From: Eledone cirrhosa | Taxonomy: Eukaryota | Assembly: GCA_964016885.1 (NCBI GenBank) | Contig: OZ024743.1 | Span: 188,728,001 to 188,792,000, forward strand | Direction: 5' to 3' | Length of the DNA: 64,000 bases | Part shown: positions 52,690 through 64,000 of the stretch, one piece after another | How positions within the stretch are numbered: position 1 is the stretch's first letter | Layout of the letters: each line of letters starts with the position of its first letter | Made by a program: the position numbers and the translations under genes | The notes under the pieces: generated by a model | Databases searched by the model: none | Told to the model about the DNA's origin: nothing | What the model saw: the letters and a program-made list of their open reading frames with translations, nothing else

Positions 52690-53490
52690 CAGACAATATG
52701 TCAGCAGCAGTCAATATTCACAGTTCATTTATTCAGTTTATAAACTCAATTAATATATCACTGTGGTCTGATGATCCAGCTGTATGGTTTGTACAGATAG
52801 AAGCTAGTTTAGAATCTAATAAGTTAACTACAGAGTAAAGAAAACTTTCTTTTCTAGTTAGCACTTTGCCACCAGCACTTAGTTTGGAAGTCTAAAATCT
52901 CATTACAGCACTTTTTGTAGCTATTTCTTCCCTGATTTAAAAGTAGAAATTTTTAAGTGAACATCCTTATTACAGCAAAGATGTTTGTGAAAATTGTTAC
53001 ACAGTGAAGAATTAGGTGATAAGAAACCTTCACAGTTCCTTCACTATTTAAGAGAATTGTTGGTGAAGGATACTTTTGAAGAATATATATTTATTTAACT
53101 CTTATTATAGCATTTTCTGACTCATATTCAGGCAATACTGGCTTCAGAAAAAATGCATAGTACTATAGGCTTCTTGGCAGAGCACACAGATAATGTCTTA
53201 GAATTTTCAGGTTCATCACAGAATGCTTAAGTACAAAGTGCCTCATGTAGTAATCTATCTACTGAATTGATTGAATATAATAAACTTACAGTTAACCAGA
53301 CTAGAATGATTCAATCACATTTGAAGCAGTTACAAATTTTTACATTAAGTAGACAGATTTCATGTGCTTAGTAAAAATAGACACTAATAACAAAGAAAAA
53401 TAATATTAGTTCTTCATGACAGCCTGGTTGGAAATATAGATATCATTACGAGTTTGGTGTATATCACAAACTGTATAGCACATTTTTCTT
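52690..53490 (+). pseudogene. Decayed Ty3/Gypsy gag
   Basis: LWSDDPAVWFVQIEA, LVSTLPP, LLHSEELGDKKPSQFL, HIQAILAS, YRYHYEFG (knuckle relic); many stops. Confidence 0.8.
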
Positions 53491-54731
53491 TTTTGCTAAT
53501 TTGACTGATCAAAATTGAGTATTTTACCAAGCTCATTCATAACTGGTGACAGACATCCAACTAATATTAATTGACAAGCAGTATCTTTTACTTTCTGATT
53601 TTTTTTTTGGCAGATTTTTATCACAGTCTCATGAGATATATGGGAGTTAGATTTCTATGAGTGTGAATTTTGCTATAGATCTTATCAGGATTGATAAAAT
53701 AAATTCCCAACAAATACTGGGAGAGTTGTTTCTATGACAATATATATACCTTAAGAAAAAGACTGTAGTCTCCTTTCAATATGAGAAACCTCAATTTACT
53801 TTATATATTAATATATGAAGGGCATTCTACAGCATAGCCTTAGCTAAGATGGGTAAGAAAAACTAAAGGAAGTGATATATTAAAAACTATAACGTAATTT
53901 TAAAAGGGATCCTCTTATATATCACCTAATATATCATACTCTCTTGAATAAGAAAACTACATACAATGAAGCTGAAAACCAAGCCTAACATACTACTAAG
54001 ATTAATAACATCACCTTGTCCTTCATGGAATTTTGTGGAATTCACACTGTTGAAAGAATTTGGAGTCCAGGAACCCTGTCACCTCCCCAACAATGCTTTT
54101 CTTTCAGATAGTACTAGTATTTGTGTCAGTGTTCAACCAAGAGGAAATCAAACTGGCTCAATCAGTGAATCCACAGCAGCATGAACTAAAGGTGACCAAC
54201 ATCAGATATCACAGACATCCAATGTGGAGGGGATCAACTAGTTGCCATTCCAACAGTAGACACCATACACACAAGTACCAGAAACCAATACAAGATCTGA
54301 CTTAATCTTAATAATCATAGCTTTATGCATTATATTGTGACTAAAACCAACAGAAGCACCTTTTCAGCAGAATGTTGAAAAGAATCAATCAAGCAAAATG
54401 ATGAGGAAATTTAGAGATAGATACAATTCCCTGCAAAAATTAATTTGTACACTTTTAGTGTAGGTTTAGTCACATCAATCTCAGTTTAAGTGGGCCGGCA
54501 ATATTAATAATTAGTGTTCCTCTTTCTCTGACAAACATGGGAAAATCAAACACTACATGATACACACAAGCAATCATTGCAGTAACACGCCTTGTTTGTA
54601 TTAGTGTGTTATGACTATACTTCAGTTTATTTATTTCTGTTGCTATGGTATGGGTAGTGTTGTTATATACAATATTACTGTATATTACTGTAAAAACTAC
54701 ATTCCTCCAATTCCAGTATATCTTTGTATAT

Positions 54732-54766
<35 letters not shown>

Positions 54767-57471
54767 GGGTGGGGGGATGTATGTATGTGTGTGCATGTAT
54801 ATATATACACAGAGAGAGAGAGAAAGATACAGATATAGATATATATATGTAGGAGATTTGTTGCTTTTCAATAGTGAACAGTTTTTGGTAATTCCATCAA
54901 TCAATCCAGCCATGAAGTATGCTAATATATCAGTTTCATTATATACAAAAATATATGAAATAAATAAAAACAAAACTTATCACAAAATTGTAGTTTTCCA
55001 TTCAAAAGAAAAGAAGAAAAGAATGTTTTATAACAGATTTTTTATTTACATTGTTGAAAGTCAGTCACAAAAATCATATATACATATATGTGTGTGCATG
55101 CAGGTATATGTTTAAACATATAAAAATGTATATGTGTGTGGATATATATAACATACATACATATAGTATACATACATACATACATAAAAAAAACATGTGT
55201 TTCATCTATCACAGAGACTTATTCAGATCTCTATTCATGCCATTTGTTATATGTTGCTTTTCATAGATTGTGAACATACTGTTCTTCTGCATGCTTTGTC
55301 CTCCCTAATCACAGCTGACTGAGTACTTTTATACCCAATACTGCTATTACCATGATAGAAGATAATGCTTCTTTACCAGTTTGAGGAAAAAATAATATAA
55401 AATATTGGCTATTGAGTTTGCTGTAATTCTTTATAAGATTTTTCTTCTATTACACATATTTTTACATTTGATATCCATTTTGTTAAAAAGCTGTCTTTTT
55501 GCAATGTGTTAGTTGTCATAAAGTGGTATAACTGAAGTGCATTTTGCAAAAAAAATATTTTACAAGCATAGTACTTATAATTAATGTAAACTTTGACCTC
55601 GCCAGAATTTTTTTCTATTTCAACTTTTTTGTTTTTTTTACATGGAAAAGTTATCGGTGTTAAAGTATTTCTGAAATCGTTCACAAAAGTAACATTTCTG
55701 TGCCTGATGAAAACTTTATTTCATCAATAAAAATGTGACAATAAAATAATAAGTTTGTATTTATGGAATTTTAGGTAACAGGTTCAAATCTTATCATTGG
55801 TATTCATCCTCCTCCTCATCAGTATCTAACATATGTTTTCCAAGTTTGCAGGTTGTCATGTTCTGAGACTCGATTGGTCAGATGATTGAGTCTTACTCAT
55901 ACTTTCCATGCTGGCATCATTTCTATGGAAGTTCCATAGTTAAAGATACCTGGTACATACCAATTATTTCATGGCATATACCAGGAATCTTTAACAATAG
56001 AACTTGCACAACCACCTAACAGGGTGGACTGGCCACTTTTCATTGGGGCACCAGCACTTCCACTTATCAAAACTTGTAGCACTTATCGCACAAGCAGCAA
56101 TTATTGACACTAGTATCACTTATCAACACTTATATATAAGCATTTGTTTCTTTAAAGTTTTGAATTCATATGTTAGTAGCTTCCATATTTCTGACTATGA
56201 AAAATGGTCTATGTTGGCATATAAGCTGAAAAAATGGATTCCATCTCCAGGGCATATATGAATAACTTTTTTTCATAACTATTTTTCAAAATCGTCGAAG
56301 GTAGTAACTTTTAAATTCAAAACTTCTTAGCATGCAACGGTTCTAAAAATAGATTAACATATTTTATTTATTTTTACCATGACTTTGTAGGACCCCCACA
56401 ACTAGTAATAAGATGAGAAGTAATTCTCAGGAAGAGGCCTGGTCAGAAAGATTTACAGCAGAGTGTCTGACACTATTCGAATGTAAAGATCAGGTGGTGT
56501 GATCAAACAGGGGGACAATTTAAAGTCTGTCACCCAAGAATAAGAACTATCCCTACAATAGGCTTCCACACAGTTTCTGTTTACAATAATTCTCTCACAA
56601 GATTTTCTTTTACCTGATGTTGTAGAAGAACACACTTATTTAACGTAAATTCTGGTAATATGTGATAAAAACTGAAACTATTTAACTCTGAGGCAAATTG
56701 TTTAGCCATGCTGTGGGAGTTTCCTATATAATCAATTGGTTCATAAACATAACGAGAAAGTACCTTTCTTTAAACTTGCTTCTTTTTTTAGAAGTCCTGA
56801 TATTATTCTTAGATATTACACCTCTCAATAAAGATGGGACCATCACATAGGGATATAGCTCAAACACAGTACTACAGTGGATGTTTTCTCTCTGCATATT
56901 TGCATAAATGCTCCTAGGTTTTCAGATTATTGTAGATCTATGTTAGAAATGCTATTAAACAAAGCTGAGAAGAACTTTTTATTTTATTGGCTTAGTTTGG
57001 AGGAAACGATTATACTAAAATCCTTTGAGGGTAACAGACAAAGGCTCAGTGAGAGAATTCTAGAGAAAAGATTCCTGGCGGGGAAGGACTATGCATAAAA
57101 GTTAATCCAGGTCAAACAGGAATACAATATAGATAGCAAGGGAAGGAGGGATGAATGAAGGCAGCTCATGAAGTATTTAATATTAACAACAATAAAAAAT
57201 ATCAACAAAAACAACAGCCTTTAAATTAAGAAGAAGATTGGTTTGGGGGCACTCTGTTGAACAAAAATTGTTCTGACCACAACCTTTGTGAATACATCTA
57301 TGGAACTAAAGCTGGTAAATATCAGTCAACAGCAATATATTCCTTCTAAATTGCTTAATCCTAAGGAAAATATACATTGTCTATAGGAAATTTGAAACAG
57401 AAAGAACAGAGACATCTTAAGAAATAAGACAGAAATGTCTTTTTACTAACCAATTTAATCTTTAAAATGTC

Positions 57472-57657
57472 ATAATTGTTTCTACTTTTGGCACAAGGCC
57501 AGCAATTACCCAGTGTATTACTGGTACGTTATTTTATCGACCCTGTAAGGATGAAAGGCAAAGTTAACCTCGGTGGGATTTGAACTCAGAATGGCAAGGG
57601 CCGTAACTCTATGCATCAAAGCATGGCGTCTGACCCTCTACCGATACTGCCAATCCA
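57472..57657 (-). mobile_element. Full-length SINE family 1
   Basis: Highly similar to 20668-20855. Confidence 0.9.
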
Positions 57658-58214
57658 AATGAAAACGAAACATTACATGAAAGACACATATCAATGCCTG
57701 CCAACTGATTTGTGAATTGTTCTTTCTTTGTCTCTTGAATTATTTTTTAAATGGTTTCGTTAATTCTAGAAACTATTTTCTCCATTTTCTCCAATAAAGA
57801 TTTTTTCATTTCTGTCTACAATTAGTGTATTTGGTGCTTTACTTCCCACACAGTGATCTATAACATTTGCTCAATCTTTGCTGTCCAGAATTGTAATTTG
57901 TTGAATTTATATCCAGCTTATATTTTTCTATCAAATATTAAACTACAATATCTCAAATACTCAAACATTGCTCTAAATTTCTTGCACATGGAGGTGAGTT
58001 TCATAGGAAACATGAGGGTAATCCATCTGCATCAGACAAATAAAAAAAATATATATATATTCTTATGCACTTTGTTAGCTGTGGTTTTCCTTGAACATTT
58101 CAAAACTAAATTTAATTACCAAGTTATTTCTTTATACTGCCAGTAACAGATAAATTTTCACTTGTTCTAAAACTTGTAATTCCTGTATGTAAATTCTTAT
58201 ATCTTGCTCACCAT

Positions 58215-58624
58215 TTGCATGGGCAGAAACTGCAGAGGATATGCGATGGCTGGAGAGAAATGAAGCAAGTATGCTCCGTTGCATGTGCAATGTCAATGTG
58301 AAGGACAAGTTGAGAAAGAAACTGGGTATAAGAGGGATAAGTTGTGGTGTGCAGGAGAGAAGGCCATGATGGTATGGACATGTGATGCGCATGGAGGATG
58401 ACCGCTGGGTAAAGAAGTGCCAAGAAATCCTAGTTGAAGGAAGACACAGTAGAGGTAGACCACGTAAAACATGGGTGGAGGTGGTGAGAGCAGACTTCAG
58501 ATCATTGAAACTCACCGAGGAGACGACGAAGGACCATGATAAGTGGAGAGATGCTGTGCTGAATAGGACCCATCCAACCCTTGCAAGCAGGGAAAAGCAG
58601 ACGTAAAATGATGATGATGATGAT
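58215..58624 (+). mobile_element. RTE subfamily C 3' end
   Basis: AEDMRWLERNEASML, YGHVMRMEDDRWVKKC...GRPRKTW, tail CCCTTGCAAGCAGGGAAAAG...(GAT)n with no long 3' UTR. Confidence 0.88.
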
Positions 58625-58944
58625 TAGAGCTCCCACTCTAATATACTCCTTAGTAGCTGTTCCCACCATCACTGTACACCATAATCCTTCTTAAATCCTA
58701 ACATCCACATTCTATTCATGATTATCCCACCCCTTTTTAAACCTTCCCAAATCATAACCCTAGCTGTTATCATCCCAGTCCTCTCAGAGTATTGGAAGTG
58801 ACCCCTTCTTCTCTTCCTCATTTCTCTGACAAACTGCACCGACTTATCAAACATACATGTCGTCATACTTATCAATGATCTTAGCCCTCACCTCCCCTAA
58901 TCCCCCCCCCCTCGTAGAGAGGGCTCATCAGTTGAGTCAATACT

Positions 58945-59360
58945 TAACAACTTGTCTAGTGGTAGTGCCATGAAAAATGCACAGTATTTCTTGTAAGGTG
59001 GTTTGTGGAAGAAAATGCTTCCCCCAGTAGAAACATGCCAAAAAGATCATCAGGAGGACTCGCATTTGTGTCAAATGCATGATAACCTCTCTAGTATTGG
59101 TGATATGTACGATAAATGCACTCAGTATTATATTGTGAAGTAAGAATACATTTTAATTTATTTCTTAAACTGCGTCAAAGTCATGACAACATCCCTAGTG
59201 TTGGGAATTTACATAATAAATGCATATAGTGCAATGTGCAATCTGTGATAGAAAGGACATCTATTCATAGAAAACGTGTGAAACAAAGGGCCAGGAGGAT
59301 TTTTCAGCTATATCAAAGACATGTCAACCTCTCAAACTAGTGTCATGATAAAATGCATAT
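58945..59360 (+). repeat. Degenerate repeated SINE/RTE module
   Basis: CTAGT...AAATGCA...TAGAAA units recur near 58955, 59090, 59195 and 59338. Confidence 0.45.
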
Positions 59361-60047
59361 GATAGAGAACATGAGTTGTTAGGCTGCTAGCCTAACTAAG
59401 CACTTGGTAGAATGTGGGAATTTATGTAAGGAAGATACAGGCTAATGGCCCATCTGACGGCTCAGTTATCCCCCTTGTGTACCATCCCAATCTATTGACG
59501 AACCTCTCCAACCCTGATGATGATTTTTGCGATGACTATGATGACTATTGATGACTGATTTAGCTACAGACACATAGTAGCACCTCGCACAGAATACAAA
59601 CCAGTTAATATTTTGGAACTTTCACCTATAAACTGTCATGCAATCCATCCATTCATGTTGGAAAATATCAGTAACAATGTGCAGTAAGAAAATAAAATTT
59701 TAGACATATAAATAATAGCTAAAGTTTTGCAAACCCATAGACTTTCATGTGAAAACAAACAATAGAGTACCAAATAAAAACACTGTGCTATAAAATGAGA
59801 GGAAAAATATGAATGAAATAAATGAAAATGTATTCTTACTTTACAATGGTGGAAATTCTGTGAGTAAAATAATTAAGTGAATTTCTACAACAGCATTAAA
59901 TGAAATGAGAACTGGTCTTTAGAAATCAGATTTTATGACAGAATTGTGATTATACAAAACATATTTGTTGACTTTCAGTTCACTTGATTATATTACTAAA
60001 AGTTGGTTTTATGACAAAATTATTAAAGCAATAAAACATGTTAATCC

Positions 60048-60357
60048 ATCATACATCCATGCATATCGCTGAATACAAAGACATGCCCACCCTCAATAAA
60101 CTCCCATATATATAATATATATTTGTATATATTTATGTATGTATATATATATATAGCTATGTGTGTGTATGTATATAAAGTTAGATTACTTAGCATTATA
60201 TATTTTCTAATCATATATCCATGCATATCAATGAATACACAGACATGCACACACTCTATATACTTAAACCTATATAATATATATATATATATATATGTAT
60301 GTATCTGTGCGTGTGTATGTGTATAAAGTTAGATTACTTGGCATTATATATTTTCTA
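60048..60357. repeat. ~150-bp tandem duplication
   Basis: ATCATA.ATCCATGCATATC..TGAATAC.....TAAAGTTAGATTACTT.GCATTATATATTTT occurs twice. Confidence 0.85.
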
Positions 60358-60536
60358 CTTTTCAATTGATTCTATAAGTTCTGAAATACAATACTTTTGA
60401 GTTGGTTTTTCTTTTTTAATGGTTGTTGATCAATCAATCTTTATGATGTCCATAAAACTAGGAACTATGACGATGGCAACCACTGAGAAAGGAGACAGAA
60501 GATGAGGAGTAGGAGGAGGAGAAGGAGAAGGGGCAG

Positions 60537-60562
60537 AGAAGAAGACGAAGACGAAGAAGAAG

Positions 60563-60591
<29 letters not shown>
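60537..60591. repeat. (GAA)n microsatellite
   Basis: Direct inspection. Confidence 0.95.
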
Positions 60592-60593
<2 letters not shown>

Positions 60594-61107
60594 TTGAATA
60601 GATAGAAGAGAATAGTCAATAAAGCTGTGCCAAATAGAGAAGAGACACAGGAAATAACTATATGTCAAGTTTTCATTAATCATACAGCTGTAACTTCATA
60701 AGTATTGGAATTGATGTAGTCTAAAGAAATCACAAGTAACTGGAGAGCCATTACACATGATTGTCTATAGAATGGGGATTCTTGAACAATTTCACATGAT
60801 TCTGTACAGAGTTCAAGGTTATTAATTGAAGAAATGATGTGACAACAGGTATATACAAACTCACAGACAGCTTATATTTACTCCATATTTCTCTCTCGTT
60901 TGTTACCTCCTCCTCACTCTCTCTCATTATATACATACATATATATATATGTATATATATACATATATATATATATAAATGTGTGTATATATGTGTGTGT
61001 ATGTGTATATATATGTGTATATATGTATATACATATATATATACACATACATACGCACATACACACACACATATATATATATATACATATATATATACAC
61101 ATACATA

Positions 61108-61153
<46 letters not shown>

Positions 61154-61214
61154 CATACACACACACATATATATATATTGTCATTTGTTGTGCTCATAGT
61201 TTTTGGCAGTAGTA

Positions 61215-61490
61215 TATATACTGGTTGGATGCCCTTCCTAACACAAGCACCACTTTACAGCATGGACTGGGTGCTTTTATTTGTGCCACCAGCACTAGAG
61301 AGGTTGTCTTAGTAGACTCAGAGGCCCTCTTTACCCCTTCATTTTACAGCATGGACTAGGTGCTTTTATTCATGCCACCACTACTAGAGAGGTCATCTTA
61401 CTGGACTCAGGGGCCCTAACCACCCTCCATTTTTACAGCATGGACTGGGTGCTTTTATTCATGCCAACACTAGGGAAGTTGTCTTACTGC
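61215..61490 (-). repeat. Three ~90-bp units of the SINE/RTE module
   Basis: TTTACAGCATGGACT.GGTGCTTTTATT..TGCCA units after GGATGCCCTTCCTAACAC. Confidence 0.75.
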
Positions 61491-61814
61491 ACCAATTTAT
61501 TCGGAGTGGTAGCTATCCTAGACGGGTTGCCTACCCTATGGCTTATGGAGTCTCCGTCCGCCCCTTGTTTATTCTATGATATATTCATTGTTATGATGTA
61601 TTCTATGATATATTCATTGGTTATCATATCGTGTCAGGCATGTATATCAAATGTGGCAGAGGTGGGTCGGTGTGAGGGAAGTGAGAAGGAAACTGGCGTA
61701 TATGTACAAATTTGTCTGCATAAATTTTAACACAGTTTATATGACATACAAATCATATATATATATATATACACAAATATCATACATATATACATAGAAA
61801 TCTCATGCAAATAC

Positions 61815-61875
<61 letters not shown>

Positions 61876-61949
61876 ACCGAAAAATTTGGAGACATTAAAA
61901 TAAAAATAAACTTATCTTAACGAAGTCTTCATAACAATCACTTCCAAAA

Positions 61950-62808
61950 TATATGAAAACACAAAGTAAAAGAGAGGACAATACTCTGAATCCATCAGAG
62001 AAATGGCCATGTTCAATATGTAGGAAAGGAACTGGCATAAATTCTATAAAATGTACGCAATGCAGATCTTGGGTACATAGGAGATGTAGTGGGAGACAGG
62101 CAAACTAACAGGTAGGGAAAACTACGTATGAAGTAGATGTACAGGGAAAGTTGGCAGTAGTAATCGCAGTGATAGACACATTTTTCCAATGCAGGTGAGT
62201 TCTATAGAAGTGGTTGATAGCTTCTGGTACCTAGGTGATCAGATTAGCATGAATGTTCCGAAGCCATAGTATCGAGAATAAGGACGGGTTAGAAGAAGTT
62301 TAGGGAGCTGCTTCCGCTGTTGACAAAGAAGGGTTTCTCCCTGCGTACGAAAGGAAGGTTATATGATGCCTGTGTGAGATGCCCGGTGATGCATGGTAGT
62401 AAGACATGGGCAGCAACTGCAGAGGATATGCGATGGCTGGAGAGAAATGAAGCAAGCATGCTTCGTTGGATGTGCAATGTCAATGCGCGGGAACGACCAA
62501 GCATAGACGAGTTGAGAAAGAAACTGGGTATAAGGGATAAGTTGTGGTGTACAGGAGAGAAGACTGAGATGGTATGGATATTTGATGCACATGGAGGATG
62601 ACCGCTGAGTAAAGAAGTACCAAGAAATCCCAGTAGAAGGAAGACCAGGAAAAACATGGGCGGAGGTGGTGAGAGCAGACCTCGGACCGCTGAAATTCAC
62701 GGAGAAGATGACGAAGGACCATGACAAGTGGATAGATGCTGTGCTGAATAGGACTCGTCCCACCCTTGCAAGCAGGGAAAAGTGGACGTAAAATGATGAT
62801 GATGATGA

Positions 62809-62811
<3 letters not shown>
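61950..62811 (+). mobile_element. RTE subfamily C, 5'-truncated
   Basis: KWPCSICRKGTGINSIKCTQCRSWVHRRCSG, KGFSLRTKGRLYDACVR, tail CGTCCCACCCTTGCAAGCAGGGAAAAGTGGACGTAAAA(TGA)n. Confidence 0.9.
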
Positions 62812-62871
<60 letters not shown>

Positions 62872-62878
62872 TACACAA

Positions 62879-62935
<57 letters not shown>

Positions 62936-62936
62936 A

Positions 62937-64000
62937 ATGAGGTACACTCAAGAAGTTTTGAGACCTTTTTTCAGGCACTTTAAATTGACTGCTGTTACTG
63001 TCACTCTAAAATCCTCAGTTATAATAAGCTAACATGCCATATCTTTTTTTCCAGGTTGAAGATTTGGGCCACTACAGCACTTTAACCACTACCCATCATA
63101 CATGTTTTATCACACCGAGTGGCTCCACAATGCAGTTGGGGCCTGAGGACAACTTGGAGGCTCAATATGCAATATGGTTTTGTGTCAAGCTTTGCACAGA
63201 CTCAGCAGAAACGTATGAAATGCTTGAAACTGCTTACAGACTAACGTTCATGAGCCAGTTAACTGTTTTCCACTGACACAAGAGGTTGCATGTGGGCAAG
63301 GAGCAGGTGAGGGATGATGAATGGTGTGGCAGGGAGAGGGACATCAGAATGCCAAATCTGTTCGTCAAAATTTCTAAATTTCTGGAGGAGAACTATCGTA
63401 CCTTTCTTCTGACTTTTGCTAAACAATTTGAAGTGGCTGAGGGCACAGTGCACAGAGTCATTCATGATGATTAGATGATGTGCAAAGTTTGTTCCCAAGG
63501 GGCTCAATAAAGATCAAATGCTGAAGCGCATTGTGTCTCTTGTAACATGTGACGAGAGCAGGGTCTATTGTTATGATCCAGAGACCAAGAGACAGAGTGC
63601 TCATTGGAAACATTCTGACTCACCAAGACCCAAGAAGGCTGGGCAAAGCAGGTTCACAGGGAAGCTCATGATGATCCAATTATTCAACAGCAAAAGCATC
63701 ATCTACATGGTCCCCCATGGCTAGACAATCAACAAAGAGTACTACGTAGAGGTTTTGAGGAAGTTCAGAAAGAGTTTGTGTTGAAAGAGATCAGAACACT
63801 TCAGCTCTGGTCAGTGTCACCTGCACCAGGACAATGGCTCTGCCACAAATCCATCCTGGTGACCAACTACTTGGATGATATGGAGATCAAAACTGTCCGT
63901 CATCCTTCCAACAGCCCAGATATAGCCCCATGTGACTTCTGGTTGTTCATAAAGCTGAAGGGGCTGCTCAGGGGTATCTGCTTTTAGAATGTGGAGGGGA
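62937..64000 (+). mobile_element. Mariner transposon with pseudogenised transposase (runs off the window)
   Basis: QYAIWFCVKL...AETYEML (HTH), VTCDESRVYCYDPETKRQS, HLHQDN, HPSNSPDIAPCDFWLF; TIR-like ATGAGGTACACTCAAGAAGTTTTGAGAC. Confidence 0.9.

Noticed and set aside
56545-56590. ARF-like peptide TIPTIGF on plus
   Set aside because: No upstream GxxxxGKT or downstream WDVGG; probably chance.
57854-57992. Exon-like segment on plus (cccacacag|...GAG|gtgagt)
   Set aside because: Good splice-like sites and one open frame, but no recognisable protein and no partner exons.

Overview
Eukaryotic, very AT-rich, repeat-saturated window with no confidently identifiable host gene. The SINE/LINE repertoire and long (TA)n arrays suggest an octopod cephalopod (inference). 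Most ORFs in the track are (TA)n artefacts or antisense shadows of retroelements. Real content: RTE LINEs of three subfamilies (one near full length, with a PHD-like finger inside the RT), two CR1-group LINEs, R4/Dong, Tx1, RTE-X and RNase H-bearing LINE remnants, several Naiad-type Penelope-like elements (PLEs), two tRNA-derived SINE families, a non-autonomous Helitron, a Gypsy gag relic, a mariner pseudogene and a 200-N gap. The most striking hidden layer is RNA structure: about eight hammerhead-ribozyme folds (four retain both core motifs) in PLE terminal repeats and fold-back mini-elements lodged in (TA)n, plus an HDV-like fold in an RTE-derived element. Also seen are a twin-priming-type 5' inversion in an RTE-X copy and a SINE built from parts of two different RTE subfamilies. 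All folds and alignments were done by eye; boundaries are approximate.
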